Source: Myxococcales bacterium
GTDB lineage: Bacteria > Lernaellota > Lernaellaia > Lernaellales > Lernaellaceae
Assembly (NCBI GenBank): GCA_012517325.1
Contig: JAAYVF010000074.1
Location: 13,701-77,700 of the forward strand
Direction of reading: 5' to 3'
DNA length: 64,000 nt
This document shows, piece by piece, positions 27,948 through 38,402 of the stretch. The notes under the pieces are model-generated. The model saw only the letters and a list, made by a program, of their open reading frames with translations, was not told the DNA's origin and did no database searches. Position numbers and translations under genes: made by a program. Within the stretch, counting starts at the first letter, position 1. The number at the start of each line of letters is the position of its first letter.

Positions 27948-28261
27948 GCGGTCACGTTCCCATACGCCGGTGCGTCGCCTGCGGCGCCCGCAAACCGCAA
28001 GCGGAATTGCTGCGCTTTTTCCGCCGGGCGGACGGAACCCTGACCCTGACGACGGATACTCGCCATCCCGGCCGCGGCGCCTACTGTTGTTCGGCGGAAG
28101 CGTGTCGGCGAAAGGCGATCGAAAAGCGATTGCTCGGCAAAAAACTAAAAGCGGCGACAACGACGACGAGTGAACAAGAACTCTCGAAACTAGCGTCGGA
28201 TTTGGCGGCAAAACGACGGATCAATTACGGAGTGGATGAAAATGGCGAAAATCACCGTTGA
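27944..28261 (+). CDS. ylxR: YlxR/DUF448 family protein
   Basis: HVPIRRCVAC, ELLRF and GRGAYCC; located between nusA and infB. Confidence 0.9.
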   Translation: MSGHVPIRRCVACGARKPQAELLRFFRRADGTLTLTTDTRHPGRGAYCCSAEACRRKAIEKRLLGKKLKAATTTTSEQELSKLASDLAAKRRINYGVDENGENHR

Positions 28262-30962
28262 GGCGGCGGCCAAACGGCTGGGCATGGAACCCGAGGAATG
28301 CCTGAAACGATTGCAGGAAATGGGCCTGATGGTCCGCGACCAGCTCGACAAAATCGATTCGGACGTCTTCCAAAAAGTGAAGCTGCAATTGGAAGACGAA
28401 AAAATGCGAGCCAAGGCCGCGGCCGCCAGCACCTCCAAGCGCATCGGTTCGAAAATCATCCGCCGCCGCCGCATCAAGGACGAAGCCGAGGGGGGAACCG
28501 AGGAAGAGCTGATGGCCGAAACCGCCGCCGCCGCGGAAGTTGCGACCGAACAGCCCCAGGAAATCCCCGCCGTTCCGCCGGCTGAGGATCTGCCCGTCGT
28601 CGAGGATGCCGCCGCGTCCGCCCGGGAAGAAACCGTCACGACCGAAGTCGCCGCCCCCGAATCCGAAATGCCGGAACCGGCAGCGCCGGAATTCCCGGCC
28701 GAGGAAACCGCGCTTCAATCCGAGGTCGAAGAACCGGCGGCCACCGGCGAAATCGAGGAATCGGCGGAGGAAGCCGTCGCCGAAACGGAATCCCCCGCTT
28801 CCACCGAAGCCGTGGAAGCCGCCCCCGCCGAGTCGGGCAAGCCCGCCCGCGGGAAGAAAAAAACCGTCGTCGAGGATTTGCGGCCCAAACGGCTCAAGCT
28901 GTACGAGGTCACCCGCGAACCGGCGAAAATCATTTCCAAGCCGGTGGTGCCGTTGGAAACGTTGAAACCGGCGGCCGGCGCCAAGCCGGCGCCCGGCGCG
29001 AAACCGGCCTCCGGCGAGGCCGCGCCGGCCGGTGAAACCAAGCCGCCCACCGACGCCGACAAACGCGAGCGCAAAGGGCGGCGGGTCGTCGATTTCGGCG
29101 AGCGCGACCGCCGCAAGGAAGAGGATCGCGAGATCGGCTTTTTGCGCAACCGGCGGCAGAAGAAAAAGAAGGCCGTGCAAAAAACCGAAATTACGGTTCC
29201 CAAGGCCATCAAGCGCAAAATCCGCGTCGGCGACCAGATTCAGGTGGGCGAACTCGGCAAGCGCATGGGCGTGAAAAGCGGCGATCTGATCCGCAAGCTC
29301 ATCGGCCTGGGCATGCTGGTGACCATCAACCAGAACATCGACTTCGACACCGCCTCCATCGTGGCGAACGAACTGGGCTTCGAGGTCGAAAAGAGCACGG
29401 TGCAGGAAGACGACATATTCAAGACCGTCGAAACCATTCCCGAGAACCTGCGAAGCCGCCCGCCGGTCGTGACCGTCATGGGTCACGTCGACCACGGCAA
29501 AACCACCCTGCTCGACGCGATTCGCAGTACGCACGTGGCCGACGGCGAAGCCGGCGGCATCACCCAGCACATGGGCTCCTACAGCGTCCGGCTGCCCGAC
29601 GACCGCCTGGTGACCTTCGTCGACACTCCCGGCCACGAATCCTTCGCCGCCATGCGCGCCCGCGGCGCCAAGGTGACCGACATCGTCATCCTGGTCGTGG
29701 CCGCCGACGACGGCGTCATGCCGCAGACCATCGAATCGATCAGCCACGCGAAAGACGCGGAAGTGCCGATCGTCGTCGCGGTCAACAAGATCGACAAGGA
29801 AAACGCCAGCCCCGAAAAGATCACCCGCCAGCTCATGGAATACGGCCTGGTGCCGGAGCAATTGGGCGGCGACACGCTTTTCGTCAACATCTCCGCGAAA
29901 AAGAAGATCGGCATCGAGGAGTTGCTCGAGGCGGTGCTGCTGCAGGCCGAGATGATGCAATTGACCGCCGACCCCGCGAAGGCGCCGCTGGCGATCATTC
30001 TCGACGCCCGGCTCGAGCGCGGCCTGGGCCCGGTGGTCGACGTGATCGTCCGCGAAGGCACGCTCCGCAAGAGCGACTTCATGGTCGCCGACGTTTTCTT
30101 CGGCCGCATCCGAATGATGCTCGACGACAAGGGCCAGCAGTTGGACGAGGTCGGGCCCGGCATGCCCGCGCAGATCATCGGCTTCAACGGCATTCCGCGC
30201 GCCGGCATGGTGCTCAACGTGGTGCCGGAGGAAAAGACGGCCAAGGCGCTGGTCAACCTGCGGGTCGAGAAAGGCCGCGCCGAGGAGCAGAAAAAGCGCG
30301 TCGGCATCCGCCTGGAAGACCTCTACGCCAAGGTGCAGGAAGGCGAAATCAAGGAACTCAAGGTGGTCGTCAAATGCGACGTCCACGGCTCTCTGGAAGC
30401 GGTGCGCGATTCGGTGTTGCGACTGGGCAACGAGGACATCAAGGTCCGTGTGCTGCATTCCGGCGTCGGCACGATCACCGAAACCGACGTCAACCTGGCA
30501 AGCGCCAGCGAGGCGATCATCATCGGCTTCAACGTCAAGCCCGAGGCCAAAACGAAGGAACTGGCCGAAACGCTCGGCGTGGAAATCAAAACCTACGCCA
30601 TCATTTACGACCTGATCCAGGAAGTGAAGGCGGCGTTGGAAGGCATGCTCGAACCGACGTACGAGGAAGTGGTGAACGGCGTGGCCGAGGTGCGCAGCAC
30701 CTTCAATATCAGCCGCGTCGGCACCATCGCCGGCTGTTACGTGCTGGAGGGCAAGATCGTGCGCAACAGCAAGGCCCGCCTGTTCCGCAAGGGCGAGTTG
30801 ATCCACACCGGTACGCTGTCGGGCCTGAAGCGGTTCAAGGACGACGCCCGCGAGGTGGCAAGCGGCTTCGAATGCGGCATCGCCATCGACGGCTATCAAG
30901 CGTACGAGGCCGGCGATCGCATCGAATCGTTCAACCTGTTGGAGCACAAGGCTACCCTGTAA
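28236..30962 (+). CDS. infB: Translation initiation factor IF-2
   Basis: [38 protein letters not shown] and GCYVLEGK; long Ala/Glu/Pro-rich N-terminal region. The start may be ATG 28242. Confidence 0.98.
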   Translation: MKMAKITVEAAAKRLGMEPEECLKRLQEMGLMVRDQLDKIDSDVFQKVKLQLEDEKMRAKAAAASTSKRIGSKIIRRRRIKDEAEGGTEEELMAETAAAAEVATEQPQEIPAVPPAEDLPVVEDAAASAREETVTTEVAAPESEMPEPAAPEFPAEETALQSEVEEPAATGEIEESAEEAVAETESPASTEAVEAAPAESGKPARGKKKTVVEDLRPKRLKLYEVTREPAKIISKPVVPLETLKPAAGAKPAPGAKPASGEAAPAGETKPPTDADKRERKGRRVVDFGERDRRKEEDREIGFLRNRRQKKKKAVQKTEITVPKAIKRKIRVGDQIQVGELGKRMGVKSGDLIRKLIGLGMLVTINQNIDFDTASIVANELGFEVEKSTVQEDDIFKTVETIPENLRSRPPVVTVMGHVDHGKTTLLDAIRSTHVADGEAGGITQHMGSYSVRLPDDRLVTFVDTPGHESFAAMRARGAKVTDIVILVVAADDGVMPQTIESISHAKDAEVPIVVAVNKIDKENASPEKITRQLMEYGLVPEQLGGDTLFVNISAKKKIGIEELLEAVLLQAEMMQLTADPAKAPLAIILDARLERGLGPVVDVIVREGTLRKSDFMVADVFFGRIRMMLDDKGQQLDEVGPGMPAQIIGFNGIPRAGMVLNVVPEEKTAKALVNLRVEKGRAEEQKKRVGIRLEDLYAKVQEGEIKELKVVVKCDVHGSLEAVRDSVLRLGNEDIKVRVLHSGVGTITETDVNLASASEAIIIGFNVKPEAKTKELAETLGVEIKTYAIIYDLIQEVKAALEGMLEPTYEEVVNGVAEVRSTFNISRVGTIAGCYVLEGKIVRNSKARLFRKGELIHTGTLSGLKRFKDDAREVASGFECGIAIDGYQAYEAGDRIESFNLLEHKATL

Positions 30963-30985
30963 ATAAGCGAAGGGCTCGGATCGTC

Positions 30986-31273
30986 ATGACCATCGGCGCC
31001 ATCCGGATCACCCTCCTGTTACACGGTTGCTTCTCCCTGAAGGAAAAGCGGGCCCGGATTCGCCCGATTCTCGAACGGGTGAAAAACAAGTTTCATGTCG
31101 CCGGCGCCGAGGTCGAGTATCAAAACACGCACGATGCCGCCCAGCTGGCGTTCGTGTTGGTAAGTTCGGACGAGCGGCTGGTCAACCGGACGCTCGACCA
31201 GATCGTCGATTTCGTCGAGTCGCTGGGACTGGCGCAGATCGCCGACAGCGAAAGCGAAATGATGCAGTGGTGA
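30986..31273 (+). CDS. DUF503 family protein
   Basis: SLKEKRARIRPILERVKNKFHVAGAEVEYQNTH; canonical position after infB; ATG 30986. Confidence 0.9.
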   Translation: MTIGAIRITLLLHGCFSLKEKRARIRPILERVKNKFHVAGAEVEYQNTHDAAQLAFVLVSSDERLVNRTLDQIVDFVESLGLAQIADSESEMMQW

Positions 31274-31277
31274 GCGC

Positions 31278-31676
31278 ATGAGAAACAAGCAAACTCCCTT
31301 CAAACGCACGGATCGGCTCGGCGAGGAAATCCGCAAGGCGATCGGTCTGCTGCTGCTGGAAGGCGAACTGCGCGATCCCCGCTTGACCATGTGCAGCATC
31401 ACCCACGTCAAGCTGAGCCCCGACCTGCGCGAAGCCCGCATTTCGTTTTCGATCATCGGCGACGCCGAACTGCAGAAAGAAGCCGAAAAAAACCTGAACC
31501 GGGCCGCCGACTACATCAAAAACCAGGTCAGCCGGCGGTTGCGGTTGCGTTATACGCCCAACCTGACTTTTCGCTTCGACCCCTCGCTGGAGCGCGCCGA
31601 GCGGATCAACCAACTGCTGAAAGATGCGTTGCCGGCCGAAACCCCGGCACCGGAAGAGGAAGCTGGCGATGACTAA
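31278..31676 (+). CDS. rbfA: 30S ribosome-binding factor RbfA
   Basis: LRDPRL, ITHVKLSPDL and LRLRYTPNLTFRFD. Confidence 0.95.
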   Translation: MRNKQTPFKRTDRLGEEIRKAIGLLLLEGELRDPRLTMCSITHVKLSPDLREARISFSIIGDAELQKEAEKNLNRAADYIKNQVSRRLRLRYTPNLTFRFDPSLERAERINQLLKDALPAETPAPEEEAGDD

Positions 31677-32640
31677 CGACCTCGAGCGAGTCATTCATTT
31701 CCTGCGCACCGGTTCGTCGTTCCTGATCGTTACCCACGAAAATCCCGACGGCGACGCGATCGGCGCCAGCCTCGCGCTGACCCTCGCCTTGCAGTCCCTG
31801 TCTAAAAAAGCCGTCGCCTACGATGTCCATCCGCTGCCCAAGTACCTGCGTTTTCTGCCCGGCGCCGCGAATCTGACCCAGGAAGCCGACCCGGCGGCGT
31901 TCGATACCATCTGCATTCTCGACTGCGGCGCTCCGGCCCGGACGGGCCCGCTGAAGGAAAGCCTCCTGGCCCAGCCGCGCGTCGTCAACCTCGACCATCA
32001 CCTCACCAACGAGGGCTACGGCTCGGCCAATCTGGTCGAACCCAAGGCCAGCAGCACCTGCGAAATTCTGTCCGGCGTTTTGCGCGAATTGGGCGTCACC
32101 CTCACGCCAGCCATCGCCACCAACCTCTACCTCGGCATTTATACCGACACGATGATGTTCCAGAATTCGGCCAGCAATCCCAACGCCTATCGCATCTGCG
32201 GCGAGCTGACGGCGGCCGGCGCCGATTTCATGGCCGTCGCGCGCCGCGTGTACATCGACACCTCGGCCGAACGGCTGCTGATCCTGGGCCGCGCGCTCAA
32301 CTCGCTCCAGGTCCACGACGACGGCCGGATCGCCGGGCTCGTTTGCCGCCGGCAGGACATGCTGGAACTGGGCATCACTCCCGACGACATGGAAACCTTC
32401 GTCGAATACCCGCGCTCGATCGTCGGCACGCAGGTCGCCTACCTGCTGCGCGAGGAACGCGACAGCGAGCGCGTCAAGGGTTCTTTCCGCGCCAACATCG
32501 ACGTCGACGTCGCGAAGGTCTCCGCGAAATTGGGCGGCGGCGGCCATAAGAAGGCCGCCGGTTTCCGCGTCGAGGGCCGGCTCGACGAGGTGCGCGCCCG
32601 GGTGATCGAGCTGTTGCGCGAGGCCTTGGAGACGAAGTGA
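31669..32640 (+). CDS. nrnA: DHH/DHHA1 phosphoesterase (NrnA-like oligoribonuclease/PAP phosphatase)
   Basis: HENPDGDAIG, LDHH, GIYTDT, KGSFR and GGGGHKKAAG. Confidence 0.9.
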   Translation: MTNDLERVIHFLRTGSSFLIVTHENPDGDAIGASLALTLALQSLSKKAVAYDVHPLPKYLRFLPGAANLTQEADPAAFDTICILDCGAPARTGPLKESLLAQPRVVNLDHHLTNEGYGSANLVEPKASSTCEILSGVLRELGVTLTPAIATNLYLGIYTDTMMFQNSASNPNAYRICGELTAAGADFMAVARRVYIDTSAERLLILGRALNSLQVHDDGRIAGLVCRRQDMLELGITPDDMETFVEYPRSIVGTQVAYLLREERDSERVKGSFRANIDVDVAKVSAKLGGGGHKKAAGFRVEGRLDEVRARVIELLREALETK

Positions 32641-33575
32641 ACGGCGTGCTGCTGCTGGACAAACCGATCGGACCGACCAGTCACGACCTGGTGATGTTCG
32701 CCCGGCGGTTGCTGCACGAAAAGAAAATCGGTCACGCCGGGACGCTCGATCCTTTTGCCACCGGCCTGCTGGTGTTGCTGGTCGGCCAAGCCACCAAGAT
32801 TTCATCCTACCTGCTCGACCAGGACAAGGTTTACGAGGCGACGGTGCAATGGGGCCGGGCCACCGACAGTATGGATCACACGGGCCGGGACGTGGAAACC
32901 GACGACTCGCCCCTGCCCGACCGGACGGCGATCGCGGCCGCGCTGGCCAAATTCGTCGGCGCGCAACAACAGACGCCGCCGATGTATTCGGCGAAAAAAG
33001 TCGACGGCACGCCGCTCTACCAACTGGCGCGGCAAGGGAAAGAGGTCGATCGGCCGGCCAAGCAGGTGCACATCGCGGCGCTGGATTTGTTGGCGGTTGA
33101 CGAAACCGCAAAAACCTTTAGTCTCCGGGTGCACTGTTCGAAGGGCACCTACGTTCGGACGCTGGCCGACAGCCTGGCCAGGGAACTCGGGGGCAAAGGT
33201 TGCCTGGCTTCGTTGCGACGTTTACGGAGCGGCTTGTTCCACGTCGAGCAGGCATTGACGCCCGAGCAATGGCGCGAGTTGCCGCCCGAGGAGGTCGCTT
33301 CCCGGCTGCTGTCGCTTGACGACGCGCTGGCCGCGTTTAAAACGGTGACCCTGTCGGCGCCGGCGGGCGAAAGCCTCGGCCGTCACGGGACGCCGCCGCG
33401 GGCCGCCGACGTGCTCGCGGCCGACGATTATCAGTCGGGCGAAACGTTGCGTTTGCAGAGCCCGGACGGCGAGTTGGTGGCTCTGGCCCGGGCGCGTTTC
33501 GCCGCCGCGCAAGTGCGCGGGCCGGACGACGGCGAATGGCCGTTCGTCCTGTTGCGTGTCTTTTCGAGCAGTTAG
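32637..33575 (+). CDS. truB: tRNA pseudouridine(55) synthase TruB
   Basis: LDKPIGPTSHD, GHAGTLDPFATG, PPMYSAKK, CSKGTYVRTLA and LRR. Confidence 0.96.
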   Translation: MNGVLLLDKPIGPTSHDLVMFARRLLHEKKIGHAGTLDPFATGLLVLLVGQATKISSYLLDQDKVYEATVQWGRATDSMDHTGRDVETDDSPLPDRTAIAAALAKFVGAQQQTPPMYSAKKVDGTPLYQLARQGKEVDRPAKQVHIAALDLLAVDETAKTFSLRVHCSKGTYVRTLADSLARELGGKGCLASLRRLRSGLFHVEQALTPEQWRELPPEEVASRLLSLDDALAAFKTVTLSAPAGESLGRHGTPPRAADVLAADDYQSGETLRLQSPDGELVALARARFAAAQVRGPDDGEWPFVLLRVFSSS

Positions 33576-33593
33576 CGCGGCGCGAATGGCGGA

Positions 33594-33622
33594 TTGTTTT
33601 ACAACCGAAAAACACCGATAAT
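33594..33622 (+). promoter_or_regulatory. Candidate sigma70 promoter for rpsO
   Basis: TTGTTT-N17-GATAAT in the truB-rpsO gap. Confidence 0.4.
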
Positions 33623-33674
33623 TTAACGCATTCCGAAATGCGGAAAGTACAGAGCGAGAAGGAGTATTAGCGAA

Positions 33675-33944
33675 ATGGCAAAGGAAATTCAGCAGAAAGC
33701 CGAAATCATTAAAAAGTTCAGCAAGCACGAGAAAGATACCGGTAGCGCGGAAGTCCAAATCGCCCTGCTCAGCAGTCGGATTACGCAGTTGACCGAGCAT
33801 TTCAAAACCCACGACAAGGATCACCATTCGCGTCGCGGTTTGTTGAAGCTCGTCGGTCAGCGCCGGCGGATGTTGGACTATTTGAAAAGAATGGACATCG
33901 AACGTTACCGCAAAGTGATCGCTGAATTGGGAATTCGGAAGTAA
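33675..33944 (+). CDS. rpsO: 30S ribosomal protein S15
   Basis: [34 protein letters not shown] and LGIRK. Confidence 0.98.
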   Translation: MAKEIQQKAEIIKKFSKHEKDTGSAEVQIALLSSRITQLTEHFKTHDKDHHSRRGLLKLVGQRRRMLDYLKRMDIERYRKVIAELGIRK

Positions 33945-34062
33945 CCACATTGTTATCCGTCAGCTTCCAGTTTTTTCGGCGTTGCGGTGAGCGAGTTATG
34001 GCAGCGGATACCACGGTATTCGGACCGCGGGTAGAAATCCGTCTGCGAGAGGATAGCGAACC

Positions 34063-36186
34063 ATGTCAGTGACAGTAATTGAACGAGATTTCTTCGATTC
34101 CCGAGTGATCCTGGAAACCGGCAAGATGGCCAAACAGGCCGACGGCGCCGTGATGATTCGCCAAGGCGACACCATGGTGCTGGCGACCGCCGTCGTTTCG
34201 CCGAAACCGCGCGAAGGCACGGATTTTCTACCGCTCACCTGCGATTATCAGGAAAGAACCTCCAGCGCCGGGAAGATTCCCGGGGGCTTTTTCAAACGCG
34301 AAGGACGGCCCGGCGAAAAGGAAGTGCTGACCAGTCGGCTGATCGACCGGCCGCTGCGTCCCCGCTTTCCCAAGGGCTTCGTCAACGAGATCCAAATCAT
34401 CGCCACCATCCTGAGCAAAGACGAGGTCTACGACGGCGACGTGCTGGCCATCTGCGCCAGTTCGGCCGCCTTGCACATCAGCAAGATCCCCTTCGACGGC
34501 CCCATCGCGGCGGTCCGCGTCGCCTATTGCGACGGCAAGTTCATCGCCAACCCGACGCACCAGCAGACCGATCAATCGACGCTGGACATCGTGGTGGCCG
34601 CCAGCCGCGACGCGATCATCATGGTCGAGGGCGAAACCAAATTCGTCGCCGAGGACCTGCTGATCCAGGCGCTGATGTTCGGCCAGCAGGCCTGCCTGCC
34701 GCTCATCGAGATGCAGGAAGAACTGCGCCGTCGCGTCGGCGAACCGAAGATGGAATTCGTCGCCGTATCCCTGCCCGAGGACGTTATCGCGGCGATCCGC
34801 CCGCTGGCGCAGGCCGACCTGCCCGGCGCGATCACCGTCAAGGAAAAGCACCCGCGGCGCGAAGCGATCGAGGCCGTGAAGGAAACCGTCTTCGCGAAGC
34901 TCAACGAGGGTCGCGCCGAGGAAGAACTCATCACGCGCGGCGTCTTCGACAAATGCTTCGAGGAAGTGCTCAAGGAGACGCTGCAGCACCTGGTGCTGGT
35001 CGACAAGATCCGCATCGACGGCCGCCGCTTCGACGAAGTGCGCCCGATCAGCATCGAAGCCGGTTTGCTGCCGCGCACCCACGGATCGGCGCTGTTTACC
35101 CGCGGCGAAACCCAGGCGCTGGTCACCGCCACCCTGGGCACCAGCAGCGACGAGCAGAAGATCGACAGCCTGACCGGCGAGACCTGGCGGCGCTTCATGC
35201 TGCATTACAACTTCCCGCCCTTCTCGGTCGGCGAAGTGAAGTTCTTGCGGTCGCCCGGCCGGCGCGAAATCGGCCACGGCAACCTGGCGCGCCGCGCCCT
35301 CAATCCCATCCTGCCCACCGAGGAACAGTTCCCGTACACCATCCGCATCGTCAGCGACGTGCTCGAATCCAACGGCTCCAGCTCGATGGCCACGGTGTGC
35401 GGCGGCAGCCTGTGCCTGATGGACGCCGGCATTCCGGTGTCGGCTCCGGTGGCCGGCGTGGCGATGGGCCTGCTCAAGGGCGACGGCATGAATTTCGTCG
35501 TGCTGACCGATATTCTCGGCGACGAGGATCACCTCGGCGACATGGACTTCAAGGTCGCCGGCACCGCCGAGGGCGTGACCGCCATCCAGATGGACATCAA
35601 GGTCAACGGCATCACCGAGGCGATCTTCCGCCAGGCGCTGGCGCAGGCGCACGACGCGCGGCTGCACATCCTGGGCAAGATGAACGAAGTTCTCGGCCGG
35701 CCGCGGCCCGACCTGTCGCCCTACGCGCCGCGCATCGTCACCCTGCAAATCTCGGTCGATAAGATCCGCGATCTCATCGGTCCCGGCGGCAAGACCATCC
35801 GCGCCATCATCGAGGAAACCGGCGTCAAGATCGACGTCGAGGACGACGGCCGCGTGCTCGTGGCCTCGGCCGACGGCGACGCCTCCGCCCTGGCGATCCG
35901 GCGCATCCGCGAAATCACCGCCGAACCCGAGGAAGGCAAGTACTACCTCGGCAAGGTGGTGCGCATCGAATCGTTCGGCGCCTTCGTGCAAATCCTGCCG
36001 GGCACCGACGGCCTGATCCACATCAGCCAGCTCGCCAACGAACGCGTCAACGAAGTCGAGGACGTCATCAACATCGGCGACGAGGTGCTGGTGAAGGTCA
36101 TCGAAATCGACAAGGAACGCGGCCGCGTCCGCCTGTCCCGCAAAGCGGCGCTCGGCCTCGACCCGAAAGACGTCATCGAGCAGTGA
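34063..36186 (+). CDS. pnp: Polyribonucleotide nucleotidyltransferase
   Basis: [38 protein letters not shown] and DMDFKVAG, plus KH and S1 domains. Confidence 0.98.
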   Translation: MSVTVIERDFFDSRVILETGKMAKQADGAVMIRQGDTMVLATAVVSPKPREGTDFLPLTCDYQERTSSAGKIPGGFFKREGRPGEKEVLTSRLIDRPLRPRFPKGFVNEIQIIATILSKDEVYDGDVLAICASSAALHISKIPFDGPIAAVRVAYCDGKFIANPTHQQTDQSTLDIVVAASRDAIIMVEGETKFVAEDLLIQALMFGQQACLPLIEMQEELRRRVGEPKMEFVAVSLPEDVIAAIRPLAQADLPGAITVKEKHPRREAIEAVKETVFAKLNEGRAEEELITRGVFDKCFEEVLKETLQHLVLVDKIRIDGRRFDEVRPISIEAGLLPRTHGSALFTRGETQALVTATLGTSSDEQKIDSLTGETWRRFMLHYNFPPFSVGEVKFLRSPGRREIGHGNLARRALNPILPTEEQFPYTIRIVSDVLESNGSSSMATVCGGSLCLMDAGIPVSAPVAGVAMGLLKGDGMNFVVLTDILGDEDHLGDMDFKVAGTAEGVTAIQMDIKVNGITEAIFRQALAQAHDARLHILGKMNEVLGRPRPDLSPYAPRIVTLQISVDKIRDLIGPGGKTIRAIIEETGVKIDVEDDGRVLVASADGDASALAIRRIREITAEPEEGKYYLGKVVRIESFGAFVQILPGTDGLIHISQLANERVNEVEDVINIGDEVLVKVIEIDKERGRVRLSRKAALGLDPKDVIEQ

Positions 36187-36242
36187 TTCCCGCGCGCCGG
36201 CCGCTTCGCCGGCCGGCGCGATCCCCGATCTCCGGAGGCGAT

Positions 36243-36692
36243 ATGACGCGTATTCGCGTGGCCGTGCAGCGGCTGCCGCACGCGGCCGGTTTGCCCCTGC
36301 CCACCTACCAGACGGCCGGCGCGGCGGGCCTGGACCTGCTGGCGGCGGTCGCCGATTCCCTCGTCCTGCCGCCCGGCGGCCGCGCGTTGATTCCCACCGG
36401 CCTGATCATCGCCGTACCGCCCGGTTACGAGGCGCAGGTGCGCATGCGCAGCGGCCTGGCGTTGCGCCACGGCCTCGTGCTGCCCAACGCGCCGGGCACG
36501 ATCGACAGCGATTACCGCGGCGAGGTGCAGGTCATCGTGGCCAACCTCGGCGCCGAACCCGTGACGATCCGACGCGGCGACCGCATCGCCCAGCTCATCC
36601 TCGCCCCGGTCGTGCAACTGGACTGGGACGAACGAGAAGAACTGCCGGCGACCGATCGCGGCGGCGGCGGGTTCGGCTCCACCGGCCAGTAA
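36243..36692 (+). CDS. dut: dUTP diphosphatase
   Basis: All five motifs: [25 protein letters not shown] and [13 protein letters not shown] 36243 after a GGAGG RBS. Confidence 0.96.
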   Translation: MTRIRVAVQRLPHAAGLPLPTYQTAGAAGLDLLAAVADSLVLPPGGRALIPTGLIIAVPPGYEAQVRMRSGLALRHGLVLPNAPGTIDSDYRGEVQVIVANLGAEPVTIRRGDRIAQLILAPVVQLDWDEREELPATDRGGGGFGSTGQ

Positions 36693-36693
36693 A

Positions 36694-37389
36694 GTGCGGC
36701 CCGTTCTCGAACACTCCTGGAACCTGTCCCCCAAGGAAGCCGTTGAACTGCAACGCCGCCTGGCCGGCCGCGTGGAATTGGCCGACCGCTTCGGCCCGCT
36801 GCGCACCGTTTGCGGCGTCGATGTTTCCTACAACAAGGCCGACGACCGCTTCTTCGCGGCGGCGGCGGTCCTTTCCTATCCGCGATTGGAATTGCTCGGC
36901 GTGGCCACGGCGATGCGGCCGAGCTCGTTTCCCTACGTGCCGGGCCTGTTGTCGTTTCGCGAAATTCCGGTGATCGCCGCCGCGCTGGCGGAACTAAGCG
37001 CACCGCCGGACCTGATCGTCTGCGATGGTCAGGGTTACGCGCACCCGCGCCGTTTCGGACTCGCCAGCCACCTCGGCGTCTTGTACGACATCCCGGCGAT
37101 CGGCGCGGCGAAAAGCCGCCTGGTCGGCGAGGCTCCCGAGCCGGCGGTGCTCCGCGGGTCGTGGTCGTGGCTCACGCACGAGGGCGACCGGATCGGCCAG
37201 TTGGTGCGGACGCGCGATCGGGTCGCGCCGCTGTTCGTCAGTCCCGGCCATCGGGTTTCATTCGCGACGGCGCGCGATCTGACCCTGGCGCTGTGCGCGA
37301 AGTGGCGCCTGCCCGAAACGACGCGCCGGGCGCACCACGCGGTGAACGAATTGCGCCGCGCCGCCGGTCCCGTCAGCCGATTTCCTTGA
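36694..37389 (+). CDS. nfi: Endonuclease V
   Basis: GVDVSY, PYVPGLLSFRE, DGQGYAHPRRFGLASHLG, IGAAKS, FVSPGH and LPETTRRAH. Confidence 0.96.
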   Translation: MRPVLEHSWNLSPKEAVELQRRLAGRVELADRFGPLRTVCGVDVSYNKADDRFFAAAAVLSYPRLELLGVATAMRPSSFPYVPGLLSFREIPVIAAALAELSAPPDLIVCDGQGYAHPRRFGLASHLGVLYDIPAIGAAKSRLVGEAPEPAVLRGSWSWLTHEGDRIGQLVRTRDRVAPLFVSPGHRVSFATARDLTLALCAKWRLPETTRRAHHAVNELRRAAGPVSRFP

Positions 37390-37453
37390 CATCCGCGGCC
37401 GGCCGTGCCAAAAATGCCATGAAATCCAACAACTTCTGAGCTAAGAGTATCTC

Positions 37454-38401
37454 ATGGGCGAATTGATCATCATCACCAACCCGCACGCACGGCAAAATTC
37501 GAAAGACCCCGAACGATTCGAGCGTTTCCAGCGAATGGTCGGCGATCAAGGCACGGTTTACCAGACGCAGCAACTCGATCAGCTCGAACAAACCTGCCGC
37601 CAATTATTGACCAAGGAGATCGATCTCATCGCCATCTGCGGCGGCGACGGCACCAATCACCTGGTCACCACCGCCCTGATCCGGACCTTTCAGGAAGCCG
37701 CGCGCCCCCTGCCGCCCCTGACCTATCTGAAGGGCGGCAGCATGAACACCATCGCCTGGGGGCTCAATATCCGCTGCCCGGCCGAGAAAGTCCTGACCCA
37801 TCTGCTTCAGGTCCGACAAGCCGGCCGGCCCCTCGCCACGCAGCGACAGGGCACCCTGCACATCAACGACGCCTACGGCTACTTTTTCGGCAACGGCTAT
37901 GCGGTGAATTTTCTCGAGGAGTATTACAACGCCAACAGCACCAGCGGCCCGCGTCGCGCCGCCGAAATCACTTACAAGGCCATCGGCGCCGTGCTGTCGC
38001 GCAACGAGATGCACCAGCGGCTGGCGCGCAAATTCGAGGCCGAGATTCTAGCCGACGGCAAACCGCTCGGCTTTCCGGCCTACGGCATGATCATGGCCGG
38101 ATTCATCGAATACATCGGCATCGGCTTCAAGCCACTCTATCGCGCTCACGAACGCGAAGGCCATTTTCACCTGGTGGCCACCGGCTTCAATCCCGGCCGG
38201 ATTCTGGCGCAGATTCATCGTTTTTATACCGGCAAGCCCCTGATCGGCCCGCACCACTTCGACGACCTGGTACAGGATCTGCAAATCCGGGGCGCCGCGC
38301 CCATCGGCTATACGATCGACGGCGAACTTTACCGCAATGAGACCACGATCCATCTCCGTCCCGGGCCGACGCTGGATGTCGTGGTCGATTCGCCGCAGTG
38401 A
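37454..38401 (+). CDS. Diacylglycerol kinase-like (DAGK_cat) protein
   Basis: IITNPHA, CGGDGT, LKGGSMNTIA and YTIDGE. Confidence 0.88.
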   Translation: MGELIIITNPHARQNSKDPERFERFQRMVGDQGTVYQTQQLDQLEQTCRQLLTKEIDLIAICGGDGTNHLVTTALIRTFQEAARPLPPLTYLKGGSMNTIAWGLNIRCPAEKVLTHLLQVRQAGRPLATQRQGTLHINDAYGYFFGNGYAVNFLEEYYNANSTSGPRRAAEITYKAIGAVLSRNEMHQRLARKFEAEILADGKPLGFPAYGMIMAGFIEYIGIGFKPLYRAHEREGHFHLVATGFNPGRILAQIHRFYTGKPLIGPHHFDDLVQDLQIRGAAPIGYTIDGELYRNETTIHLRPGPTLDVVVDSPQ

Positions 38402-38402
38402 T

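Noticed and set aside
28221-30947. 908-aa antisense ORF over infB, and similar long shadows (26313-28211, 34228-36021, 12331-13974, 45277-47478, 55179-56846)
   Set aside because: These are the expected stop-free antisense frames of GC-rich genes. They have no motifs or RBS and fully overlap unambiguous genes.
33955-34010. RNase III-type stem in the pnp leader (TATCCG...CGGATA)
   Set aside because: Only about 6-7 bp pair cleanly by eye, which is too weak to call without folding and covariation.
36243-37389. dut-nfi as an anti-phage system
   Set aside because: Both are canonical housekeeping sequences in a core-operon context with no defence-type partners.
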